Source of the DNA: Candidatus Zambryskibacteria bacterium RIFCSPLOWO2_02_FULL_39_14
GTDB taxonomy: Bacteria; Patescibacteriota; Minisyncoccia; Phycocordibacterales; Zambryskibacteraceae
Assembly: GCA_001824135.1 (NCBI GenBank)
Contig: MHWM01000032.1
Span: 1 to 35,718, forward strand
DNA: 35,718 nucleotides
Reading direction: 5' to 3'
Shown here: positions 8,970 to 16,348 of the stretch, piece after piece
Layout: every line of letters begins with the position of its first letter
Position numbering within the stretch: the first letter of the stretch is position 1
Notes under the pieces: model-generated
Told to the model about the DNA's origin: nothing
What the model saw: only the letters and a program-made list of their open reading frames with translations
Databases searched by the model: none
Translations under genes and position numbers: made by a program

Positions 8970-9917
8970 TTAATTTGTGGTTACATATTCCATAACAGCA
9001 TTCACTAAAGCGCGTACATCTTCGAATCTGCCTTGTTCAGTAGAACCAAGAATAACCACAATAATCGGATGCCCTAATTCTGGATCAAATACCACTGCTA
9101 AGTTACCACCAGCAATGTCTGTAAAACCAGTTTTAGAAGCTATGAGTCCAGGTATTTCAGAAGCAAGACTGTTTGTATTTTTAGCAATATGTAAAAAGTT
9201 ATCAAGAGATCGAATTGTCATCATAGTATCTCTTGTTGCTACCAGAAGCTCCGGATTATGTAAAATGATATATTCCAGAAGAATACCTATATCTTTAGCG
9301 CTTCCATAAGCACCACTCCTGATATCTAACTCATCAAGTCCAGTCTCATTCCAAAAATACATATTTTTGAGACCAAGTTCACTAGCCTTAATATTCATTT
9401 CTCCAATAAAATCATTAACAATCTCTTCAGAAGTTGCCGCTGATCTGGAAAGAGCGCCTAGAGAAAGTGCCACTGCTCGCATGCCGTCATTCGAAGATGT
9501 CAGTAGAGAAAAATCAAGAATATCTCCAAGAAACCATTTCTCATCTTTGAAGAAGCCACTATCTCCTTCCGTCTTAAGCGCTTCTTCGACAATAGTAATG
9601 GTGCTATACGAAGGGCTTAGATCCTCAGCAACCAGAGCAGACATCACCTTAGCCAAAGATGCCAGTGGAAGACGAACATCTTCATTTTTAGCAAATAAAA
9701 TAGTTTCTGTACGTATATCATAAACATAAGCCGCCTTCGCCTTAAGAGTGATTAGTGGAAATGGTTTAGAAACTACTTCGGAAGGAGCAGAAATATCGTT
9801 TCTCTTAATCCTTAAATCCAGAATAAAAGATAGAGTAAGTAAAAACACTAAAATTATAATTAAAAATGTGAAGAAACTTATTTCGGAATCATGAGTGATA
9901 GAAGATTGATTATCCAT
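8970..9917 (-). CDS. membrane-anchored D-alanyl-D-alanine carboxypeptidase (S11/PBP5-like)
   Basis: N-terminal TM anchor, then the three penicillin-binding motifs: SLAK (SxxK), SSN (SxN) and KTGFT (KTG). Confidence 0.8.
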   Translation of the reverse strand: MDNQSSITHDSEISFFTFLIIILVFLLTLSFILDLRIKRNDISAPSEVVSKPFPLITLKAKAAYVYDIRTETILFAKNEDVRLPLASLAKVMSALVAEDLSPSYSTITIVEEALKTEGDSGFFKDEKWFLGDILDFSLLTSSNDGMRAVALSLGALSRSAATSEEIVNDFIGEMNIKASELGLKNMYFWNETGLDELDIRSGAYGSAKDIGILLEYIILHNPELLVATRDTMMTIRSLDNFLHIAKNTNSLASEIPGLIASKTGFTDIAGGNLAVVFDPELGHPIIVVILGSTEQGRFEDVRALVNAVMEYVTTN

Positions 9918-10461
9918 TTTGTTCCGTTTCAGCTGGTGTTGTTTTTATAAACTCCTCTATTTTCTTAAAAGCGGTCTTGTATTCTGGTAAATCTTCCTCT
10001 CTGGTAATACCAAGATATTCTAAAAGTTTAAGAGTTGCTTTATAACTATAACTTCTATCTCCTAAAACACCTTCTGTACGATCTATCAAACCGCGTATAA
10101 GAAGGGCACGTAGTATAAAACTAGAATTAACTCCTCGTATATGATCAATCTCTCGTCTGGAAATCGGACCTTTGTAGAGAATAATAGAAAGTGTCTCAAG
10201 TCCAGCTCGGCTAAGTTCATTCGACAATTCCTCTTTCTGCATTTTCTCAATAAACTCATTAGTACTTGGATGCGTTCCGAAACTTATAAATTCACCATTT
10301 GAAACTAAAACTATTCCCCTATTTTTATAAAAGTCTTGCAGATTATCTACAGATTTCTTTATCATCTCTAAATCTACATTAAGAAATTTAGAAAGTTCTT
10401 GAAACGAAACAGGTTCATTTTTGAAAAAAATTATCGATTCAATTTTATTTTCTAAATTCAT
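9910..10461 (-). CDS. scpB: segregation and condensation protein B (ScpB)
   Basis: IESIIFFKNEPVSFQELSKFL and LSRAGLETLSIILYKGPISRREIDHIRGV are typical ScpB winged-helix repeats. The ATG at 10461 is preferred, 13 nt after the scpA stop. The ORF-track start at 10506 is a GTG inside scpA and cannot be excluded. Confidence 0.85.
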   Translation of the reverse strand: MNLENKIESIIFFKNEPVSFQELSKFLNVDLEMIKKSVDNLQDFYKNRGIVLVSNGEFISFGTHPSTNEFIEKMQKEELSNELSRAGLETLSIILYKGPISRREIDHIRGVNSSFILRALLIRGLIDRTEGVLGDRSYSYKATLKLLEYLGITREEDLPEYKTAFKKIEEFIKTTPAETEQNG

Positions 10462-10474
10462 TATTTTTTTATTT

Positions 10475-11218
10475 TCAGATGTAGGTGGGCGTGCCAACAA
10501 TTTCACTCTCTATTTCAATATCCCCACGATCAACTTGACTCACACGGATCGCCCCTCTTTTAACAAGTTCGAGCATAGCCAGAAATCCTATAATAATGGA
10601 AACCTTTTTCTCATAAGTCATAACTCCCTTACTGTTATGAAAGTCTTTGAAATTGAGTTTGGTGGCACGCGATACCCTCTCTGCCAATTTCTCTATCATT
10701 TCTTCAAGACTTATAACTTTTTTAACAATTACTTTAGGTAATAATTCCTTCTTAGGCAGAGCGTCTATAACTCTTTCAAGAGCAAGCAAGAGATTTACAG
10801 TATCTGTCTTTGAATCTGGAGAGAAGACCACTAATGGATTCTTTGTAGGAATTTTTTCAAAAATTATCTGTTTACCAAAAATTTTCTTCAAAGCTAGAGC
10901 CAACTCCTTAACCTTAGCATATAGAACCAGACGATCTTCTAGGTCATGAATGCTTTCTTCCTCATCTTCCGTCAATTTCAACATCGGCAAAAGCGAACGC
11001 GACTTGATAAGCATCAAAGTTGAAGCAATTACTATAAATTCAGCAGATTCACCTATGGGAAACTCTTCATGCTTATCTATGTAGCTTATAAAATCATCCG
11101 TGACTTGTGATAAAGAAACATCATTTACAAAAAGCTTTCTTTTAGTAACAAGCTCAAGAAGAAGGTCCAAAGGACCTTCAAAAACCGCTGTTTTTACCGT
11201 ATATGAACCTTCTTTCAC
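10475..11218 (-). CDS. scpA: segregation and condensation protein A (ScpA, kleisin)
   Basis: N-terminal FEGPLDLLLELV kleisin motif; about 247 aa; immediately upstream of scpB. Confidence 0.88.
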   Translation of the reverse strand: MKEGSYTVKTAVFEGPLDLLLELVTKRKLFVNDVSLSQVTDDFISYIDKHEEFPIGESAEFIVIASTLMLIKSRSLLPMLKLTEDEEESIHDLEDRLVLYAKVKELALALKKIFGKQIIFEKIPTKNPLVVFSPDSKTDTVNLLLALERVIDALPKKELLPKVIVKKVISLEEMIEKLAERVSRATKLNFKDFHNSKGVMTYEKKVSIIIGFLAMLELVKRGAIRVSQVDRGDIEIESEIVGTPTYI

Positions 11219-11257
11219 CTCGATATTATAGCTTTTACAGCCTTAGTTTTCAATAAA

Positions 11258-12499
11258 TTATGGGTTCAATCTTTTTACATCCCTTGGTAGATACGTCGCT
11301 TCGCGGACATTTGGTAAGTCAAGAATTTTCATTATAAAGCGACCGGGGCCCACACCACCACCACCGTGCGGAGGACAACCGTAGCGGAAAAAATTTAGAT
11401 AATCTTTGAGCTGTTCAAGATCCATTTTCTTCTCTTTTGCTTGTTTTTCTAGAACTTCTATTCTATGTTCACGTTGAGCCAGAGTAGTAACTTCAATACC
11501 TCGATAAAGTAGATCAGCTCGGCGACTTCTATCAGACCCCTCTTCCAATCGCATATGATAGAAAGCACTCTTAGATTTGTGATATTCAGTAATAAACACA
11601 AATTCGTGTTTATATTCTTTTAATACATATTCAGAAATAGCTCTTTCCTCTTCTGGCGAAAGATCATGTTCTTCTCCCGACTGAACAACTTCAAGTGACT
11701 TAATAATTTTTTTAGCTTCTACTATAGTCATTCTAGGAAATGGACTTACGGGTACAGTTATATTAAGTTCTGGAAAAACTTTTTTGAGCTGTTCAAATCC
11801 AGCAATAATCATCCCCTCTTCTGCATCCATAATGTCGTTATGGTCATTGATGTAAGAAATTTCAAAATCCCAACCTGTAAACTCTGTCATGTGTCTGGTA
11901 GTAAAAGATTCTTCCGCGCGAAATACAGGAGAGACCATGAAGACTCTCTCGAACCCAGATGCTATAGCCATTTGTTTATAAAACTGTGGTGATTGAGCTA
12001 GATATGCCTTGCGGTCAAAATATTTTACTTCAAAAACTTCTGCACCACTTTCAGAAGGCATACTCATCAGAGCTGGAGGATAAAGTTGAATATATTTATT
12101 TTCGTCAAAATATTTACGCCACCCTTTTTCAAACTCTGTCCATACTTTGAAAATTTTTGCTTTCTCTGGTTTTCTAAGATCAAGCCAACGATAATCAAAC
12201 CTTATTGGTGCCTCAGTTTCTTCACTACCCTTTACTACCACAGGTATAGGAAGTTCAGCTGCAGCAACCGATAAAACTTCGATCTTAGTCGGATGCATCT
12301 CACTACCACCCGGAGCTTGGGGAGCATCTTTCATATCTCCTATCACTCTGATAACTGATTCAAGAGATAAATTTTTAGCAGTCTCAAATTCTTTATTATC
12401 TATAGTTACCACCACTTGAGTCAGGCCTTGCATATTGCGAACAATGATAAAAATAATCTTAGACTGAACTCTTAATGCATGTATAAATCCTTGTATCAT
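11258..12499 (-). CDS. aspS: aspartyl-tRNA synthetase, archaeal/eukaryotic-type class IIb (short N-terminus)
   Basis: Class II motif 2 FRAEESFTTRHMTEF, motif 3 PPHGGGGVGPGRF, and the C-terminal LPRDVKRLNP tail typical of type-2 AspRS. The OB domain starts almost at residue 1. The ATG overlaps the trpS stop (ATGA). Confidence 0.82.
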   Translation of the reverse strand: MIQGFIHALRVQSKIIFIIVRNMQGLTQVVVTIDNKEFETAKNLSLESVIRVIGDMKDAPQAPGGSEMHPTKIEVLSVAAAELPIPVVVKGSEETEAPIRFDYRWLDLRKPEKAKIFKVWTEFEKGWRKYFDENKYIQLYPPALMSMPSESGAEVFEVKYFDRKAYLAQSPQFYKQMAIASGFERVFMVSPVFRAEESFTTRHMTEFTGWDFEISYINDHNDIMDAEEGMIIAGFEQLKKVFPELNITVPVSPFPRMTIVEAKKIIKSLEVVQSGEEHDLSPEEERAISEYVLKEYKHEFVFITEYHKSKSAFYHMRLEEGSDRSRRADLLYRGIEVTTLAQREHRIEVLEKQAKEKKMDLEQLKDYLNFFRYGCPPHGGGGVGPGRFIMKILDLPNVREATYLPRDVKRLNP

Positions 12500-13449
12500 G
12501 AAATTTTTAATCCGACTTTTTTCCGGATACTATCCATTTTCTTCTCAATACACTTATGTGCCACATTGCCACCTGTCTTAAGGACATCAAGTACTGCTTT
12601 CTTATCTTTCTTCAACAATTCCCTTTTTTCTCGCATGGGAGTTATAAATTTCTTAAGATCAGATGCTAATATTTCTTTAAGCTCTTTATACTGACCTTTT
12701 TTCTCTGTATAAAGATTATCTAACTCACCCTTATCACGTACAAGAGCATGTATAGCATATACATTCTCCGGTTTCTCTCCGGAAGAATCGGTTACTATAC
12801 CCATTACGGCTTTCTCTATATCTTCATCTGTGGCAAAAAGTTCTATAGTATTACCATAACTCTTACTCATTTTTTTACCATCAATACCCTGTACGGTAGC
12901 GACACTTTCCAATATAAGCGGTTCTGGCAACTTGAAAGTTTCTCCGAATATGCGATTAAATTTCTCTGCTATATCGCGAGTGATCTCAATATGTTGCTTC
13001 TGGTCTTGTCCAACCGGTACCACATCAGCATCTTGTATTAAAATATCAGCCGCCATCAAGACAGGATAGTCAAATAGTCCCACATTAGCTTCTTTACCGC
13101 TTGCCTTAGCATCTTTATATGCATGGGCGCGTTCCAGATACGGCACGGTGGTCAAGCAGTTAAATATCCAAGCAAGCTCCGTCACTTGTGGCACATCTGA
13201 TTGTTTATAAATAACCACATCTTTAGGATCCAATCCTATAGCCAAGTAGTCCAGAAGTACATCTAGAGTATTTTTCTCAAGTTCTTTCTGATTCTGGACA
13301 GTGGTCAGAGCATGCAAATCAGCGATAAATATGTAGCATTTGTAGTCATCCTGCAGTTCTACAAACTGCTTCATAGCTCCAAAATAATTACCTATATGTG
13401 GCCTGCCGGTCGGCTTAACCCCAGAAACCAGTATCTTTTTATCTGTCAT
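12496..13449 (-). CDS. trpS: tryptophanyl-tRNA synthetase
   Basis: GVKPTGRPHIGNYFGA (HIGH), the VPVGQDQKQH motif and KMSKS. Length 317 aa. Confidence 0.93.
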   Translation of the reverse strand: MTDKKILVSGVKPTGRPHIGNYFGAMKQFVELQDDYKCYIFIADLHALTTVQNQKELEKNTLDVLLDYLAIGLDPKDVVIYKQSDVPQVTELAWIFNCLTTVPYLERAHAYKDAKASGKEANVGLFDYPVLMAADILIQDADVVPVGQDQKQHIEITRDIAEKFNRIFGETFKLPEPLILESVATVQGIDGKKMSKSYGNTIELFATDEDIEKAVMGIVTDSSGEKPENVYAIHALVRDKGELDNLYTEKKGQYKELKEILASDLKKFITPMREKRELLKKDKKAVLDVLKTGGNVAHKCIEKKMDSIRKKVGLKIS

Positions 13450-13499
13450 ATAAGCTTTATAATATCAACAAACCTCACTAATTTAAATGCCCCAATTTC

Positions 13500-13530
13500 A
13501 TTCTCTAATTCGCGCGAATTAGGTCATAGA
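13500..13530 (-). promoter_or_regulatory. palindromic operator/promoter module, copy 1 (upstream of trpS, downstream of the lipase-like gene)
   Basis: Perfect 18-bp palindrome CTAATTCGCGCGAATTAG at 13505-13522 (core ATTCGCGCGAAT at 13508-13519). On the - strand it reads tctaTGACCtaattcgcgcgaattaGAGAAT, a -35-like TGAC and a -10-like GAGAAT with the palindrome filling the spacer. It shares 23 identical nt with copy 3. Confidence 0.55.
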
Positions 13531-13550
13531 ACAAAATACTTATTACACAG

Positions 13551-15440
13551 CTAATTATTTATTTTAGCTAAAATTGCTTCAGCCTTAATTACCATACTGG
13601 AGGTAGCCGGATCATCAATCTTATCCTTATTATTGTATTTCTTTACACTTAATATAAATGACTCCAGTTTTTTTATAACTAACTTTTCTGCTAATTTTAG
13701 CTTGAACTCGTGCAATTTCGGATATTTCTTACCAATTGATCTAATGAGTTCCGCTTCTTTCAAAGTTGCAAGAACAAATTTTAAATCATTGTTCAATGAT
13801 TGATATATACCTTTATTATTTATTTTTCCATCTTTGTAATACTCTTCTAGATCAATTAATAACTCATTTACTAAATCAATGATTGACGATTCTTCTAAAT
13901 CTGGTTTTGTTATTATAGGTGCACTTATTTTGACTGGTACATTTTCATAATGATTAACATCAACCACATATTCAATCTTTTCCCCTTCTACAACATTTTT
14001 TTGGACGGTAACAATATTATCATTATCATCGACAAAACTAGCCACAGCCATATGATATTCACCATCTGCGGTACCAATAAGCTCTACCTCATATTCGCCT
14101 GAAAGTCCGTCAGGGATGATTATCATTTTTACTCCATTCGGATCATTCTCGCCAGTATAAATTGCTTCGGGAATCTGATTAGAATCTTTTGTGATTATTC
14201 TGTTTTGCGGATCAGTAATCTTGACTGCCACAGGTGAAGCGAACCAGAATGTTGTTATATTGTTCGGCTCTGTCGGTGGTTCAAAATCACCAACAGGATT
14301 AGGAAGGCCAAGAGCAGAAAAAACTTCTGGAATCGCCATAGTTGGTAACCCCCCATGATTTGAGTTAATTTCCTTTTGTGTTAAGCGCTCATCAATGTCC
14401 CACTCATCAGACTGTGCTCGCACAAGAGGAATAAACACTGCAAATATTTTCTGCCAGAAATTTTGATTACTTCTAGATAACACAGGTCCTATCAAATCAA
14501 ATTCATTTAAGAAAGCACTCGAGAGTAATACCCTATTGTCACCCTCTGGATTATTGCGAATTGGATTTATTGGCTCCGGTATTCCATCAGCCCATAATTT
14601 TGTTTCTAAAGCTGGTCTCTCTACAACAGAAATATTTCCTACTGTGCCAGTGCCAGTACCTGCTATTACGGTGATACGACCAAGCTCCTTCAGATTTTGC
14701 ATACTCTCTGACTCATTAAGATTTTCTAGAAAAGGATTCGTTGCTTCAGTAAGACTACTGTATGGCTTTACATTGTCATTCGAGTCAGAAAGAAAATCAT
14801 ATGTTGGCAGTAATTCTCCTATAGAAGTGATGAACGTGTGAATGGTGTCATAGTAATCAGATGTATTAGCACTGAAAGTAGTCATAAACCAAAGTATAAA
14901 TTTTATACCGTTCTTGTCTGATTGGCTCCAATTTCCAGGAACTTCACCTCCCTCCCATAGGGTGTAAACATCTGACGACCCATAATTTGGTGTACCGAGC
15001 ATTACTAATTGATCCACATCATTTCGGTTTATATAATCTTCACTTTGTATATAGCTCCTAGACACTAGTCCTCCCATACTATGAGCAATGATATTGACTT
15101 TAGTCGAAGAGGAGTTAGCAAGAGCCCTATCTATAGTAGGAATTAAATAATTTATCGCAGAGTCCTCATTGCTTTTTCTCCAGTCATAAAAAGCAATAAA
15201 AAGATTATTGTCAAGTACATACCCCTCTTCAATTAATTCATCAATGAGTTTATCCCAAGTATGATCAGTTGAATGGAAATCCCACGTATCGGGTGTACTC
15301 CTCCCCAGCAATACCGACCAATTCCAAGAACCCATTATTCCTGGAACAAGTACTATGGGCTCTAATGTATTTGCCTGCGCATAGCTCAAAGATGGATTAA
15401 TAGAAGCAATAATTAGAAAACTAAATATTAATTTTTTCAT
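13551..15440 (-). CDS. secreted alpha/beta-hydrolase, lipase/esterase-like (PGAP1/LCAT-like N-domain) with beta-rich and helical C-terminal domains
   Basis: Signal peptide MKKLIFSFLIIASINPSLSYA, an oxyanion-type VLVPGIMGS, and the nucleophile elbow IIAHSMGG (GxSxG). About 250 aa of extra C-terminal sequence follows, with a beta-sandwich-like part and a helical tail. Length 629 aa. Confidence 0.7.
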   Translation of the reverse strand: MKKLIFSFLIIASINPSLSYAQANTLEPIVLVPGIMGSWNWSVLLGRSTPDTWDFHSTDHTWDKLIDELIEEGYVLDNNLFIAFYDWRKSNEDSAINYLIPTIDRALANSSSTKVNIIAHSMGGLVSRSYIQSEDYINRNDVDQLVMLGTPNYGSSDVYTLWEGGEVPGNWSQSDKNGIKFILWFMTTFSANTSDYYDTIHTFITSIGELLPTYDFLSDSNDNVKPYSSLTEATNPFLENLNESESMQNLKELGRITVIAGTGTGTVGNISVVERPALETKLWADGIPEPINPIRNNPEGDNRVLLSSAFLNEFDLIGPVLSRSNQNFWQKIFAVFIPLVRAQSDEWDIDERLTQKEINSNHGGLPTMAIPEVFSALGLPNPVGDFEPPTEPNNITTFWFASPVAVKITDPQNRIITKDSNQIPEAIYTGENDPNGVKMIIIPDGLSGEYEVELIGTADGEYHMAVASFVDDNDNIVTVQKNVVEGEKIEYVVDVNHYENVPVKISAPIITKPDLEESSIIDLVNELLIDLEEYYKDGKINNKGIYQSLNNDLKFVLATLKEAELIRSIGKKYPKLHEFKLKLAEKLVIKKLESFILSVKKYNNKDKIDDPATSSMVIKAEAILAKINN

Positions 15441-15442
15441 AA

Positions 15443-15922
15443 TTATAAATAATTATTACCAATATTGACTAGTGCCGATACAGATAGAAACATGTACAGT
15501 ATAAATAATAAAATTAAAAATATTAGTCCAAATACACCGGTAAGTGATAGGTTTAAAAAAGTAAATTTATCTCTTATTAACTTAGTGCAATAGAAAGCTA
15601 GTAACGGCCATCCAAACATTGTAATAAAGATCATTTTGAAACTTGGACCAGAAAGTACATTTCTCAACCAACCAGTATTTGTAAAACCATTATAGAGCCA
15701 CATATCAATCTTTACCAAAATCACCCATTCCCAAATAAAATAAATAGCAAAAGAAGAAACATAAGCTCCCACTACCTGCTTCCAAGAAACAGGTAAATTT
15801 TTTTTCCATTTCTTGATACCAAGATAAATGAATGGCGAGAAGACAAGCAGGATTGAGATTATAAGTACTCCCCACTCGATCACAAAGGCCAACGTCGGAT
15901 TAGGAGTCAAATACGGTTTCAT
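15443..15922 (-). CDS. hypothetical integral membrane protein (about 4 TM, 159 aa)
   Basis: ORF with four hydrophobic segments and no recognised motif. Its stop is 2 nt before the lipase-like gene start, so the two are probably co-transcribed. Confidence 0.5.
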   Translation of the reverse strand: MKPYLTPNPTLAFVIEWGVLIISILLVFSPFIYLGIKKWKKNLPVSWKQVVGAYVSSFAIYFIWEWVILVKIDMWLYNGFTNTGWLRNVLSGPSFKMIFITMFGWPLLAFYCTKLIRDKFTFLNLSLTGVFGLIFLILLFILYMFLSVSALVNIGNNYL

Positions 15923-15964
15923 TAAAATAAATTATACACCAGAAATATTAGACTGTCATTTTCT

Positions 15965-15990
15965 TTTATTCTACCATTCGCGCGAATTAG
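15965..15990 (-). promoter_or_regulatory. palindromic operator/promoter module, copy 2 (between arsR stop and membrane-protein gene)
   Basis: Core ATTCGCGCGAAT at 15976-15987. On the - strand it reads ctaattcgcgcgaaTGgTAGAATaaa, an extended -10. The 26 nt at 15965-15990 are identical to 16263-16288. A separate perfect TATAAT (15931-15936, - strand) lies 8 nt before the 15922 ATG. Confidence 0.5.
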
Positions 15991-15992
15991 AC

Positions 15993-16259
15993 TTATAAAA
16001 CCCTTAAAAATCGTTTTACTATATCTGGAGCATCTTTATTAATAGAATAGAACATTTGAAGACCGCGTTGTTCTCTTTCCAGAGCATTTGCGTTTGCAAG
16101 AATATATAAATGTTTAGAAGTTGCCTTGAATGATAGCTTTATATGGTCTGCAATCTCTCCAACACTCTTTTCTTTTTCTTTCTGTAAAAAATAAACGATT
16201 AATAGGCGTCGTCTGTTGGCTAGAGCTTTTAAAATTCTTTCTAGTTCTTTTTCTTCCAT
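15993..16259 (-). CDS. ArsR/SmtB-family winged-helix transcriptional regulator (88 aa)
   Basis: LKALANRRRLLIVYFL...SVGEIADHIKLSFKATSKHLYILANANALEREQRG is a typical ArsR HTH. No obvious metal-ligand Cys/His cluster was seen (no Cys at all). Confidence 0.8.
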   Translation of the reverse strand: MEEKELERILKALANRRRLLIVYFLQKEKEKSVGEIADHIKLSFKATSKHLYILANANALEREQRGLQMFYSINKDAPDIVKRFLRVL

Positions 16260-16262
16260 ATC

Positions 16263-16296
16263 TTTATTCTACCATTCGCGCGAATTAGGTCATAGA
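16263..16296 (-). promoter_or_regulatory. palindromic operator/promoter module, copy 3 (arsR promoter)
   Basis: Core ATTCGCGCGAAT at 16274-16285. On the - strand it reads tctaTGACCtaattcgcgcgaaTGgTAGAATaaagatATG. This gives a -35-like TGAC, the palindrome in the spacer, and an extended -10 TGnTAGAAT (16266-16274) only 6 nt before the arsR ATG, which suggests a leaderless or near-leaderless transcript. Confidence 0.6.
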
Positions 16297-16348
16297 TGGA
16301 TTGTGGGTGATAAGTGTAGCTAGTAAATTTGATTATAAGATAAGTAAT

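Noticed and set aside
13505-13522. The CG-core palindromes as simple rho-independent terminators
   Set aside because: The stem would be mostly A-U with a GCGC loop. No U-tract follows on the transcribed (-) strand in any copy. The conserved flanks instead match -35/-10-like elements.
13500-16296. The repeats as inverted repeats or att sites of a mobile element
   Set aside because: There is no transposase, integrase or recombinase in or near the block. The repeats are direct copies of a promoter-like module, not terminal inverted repeats. Cassette insertion cannot be fully excluded and is noted as an alternative in the findings.
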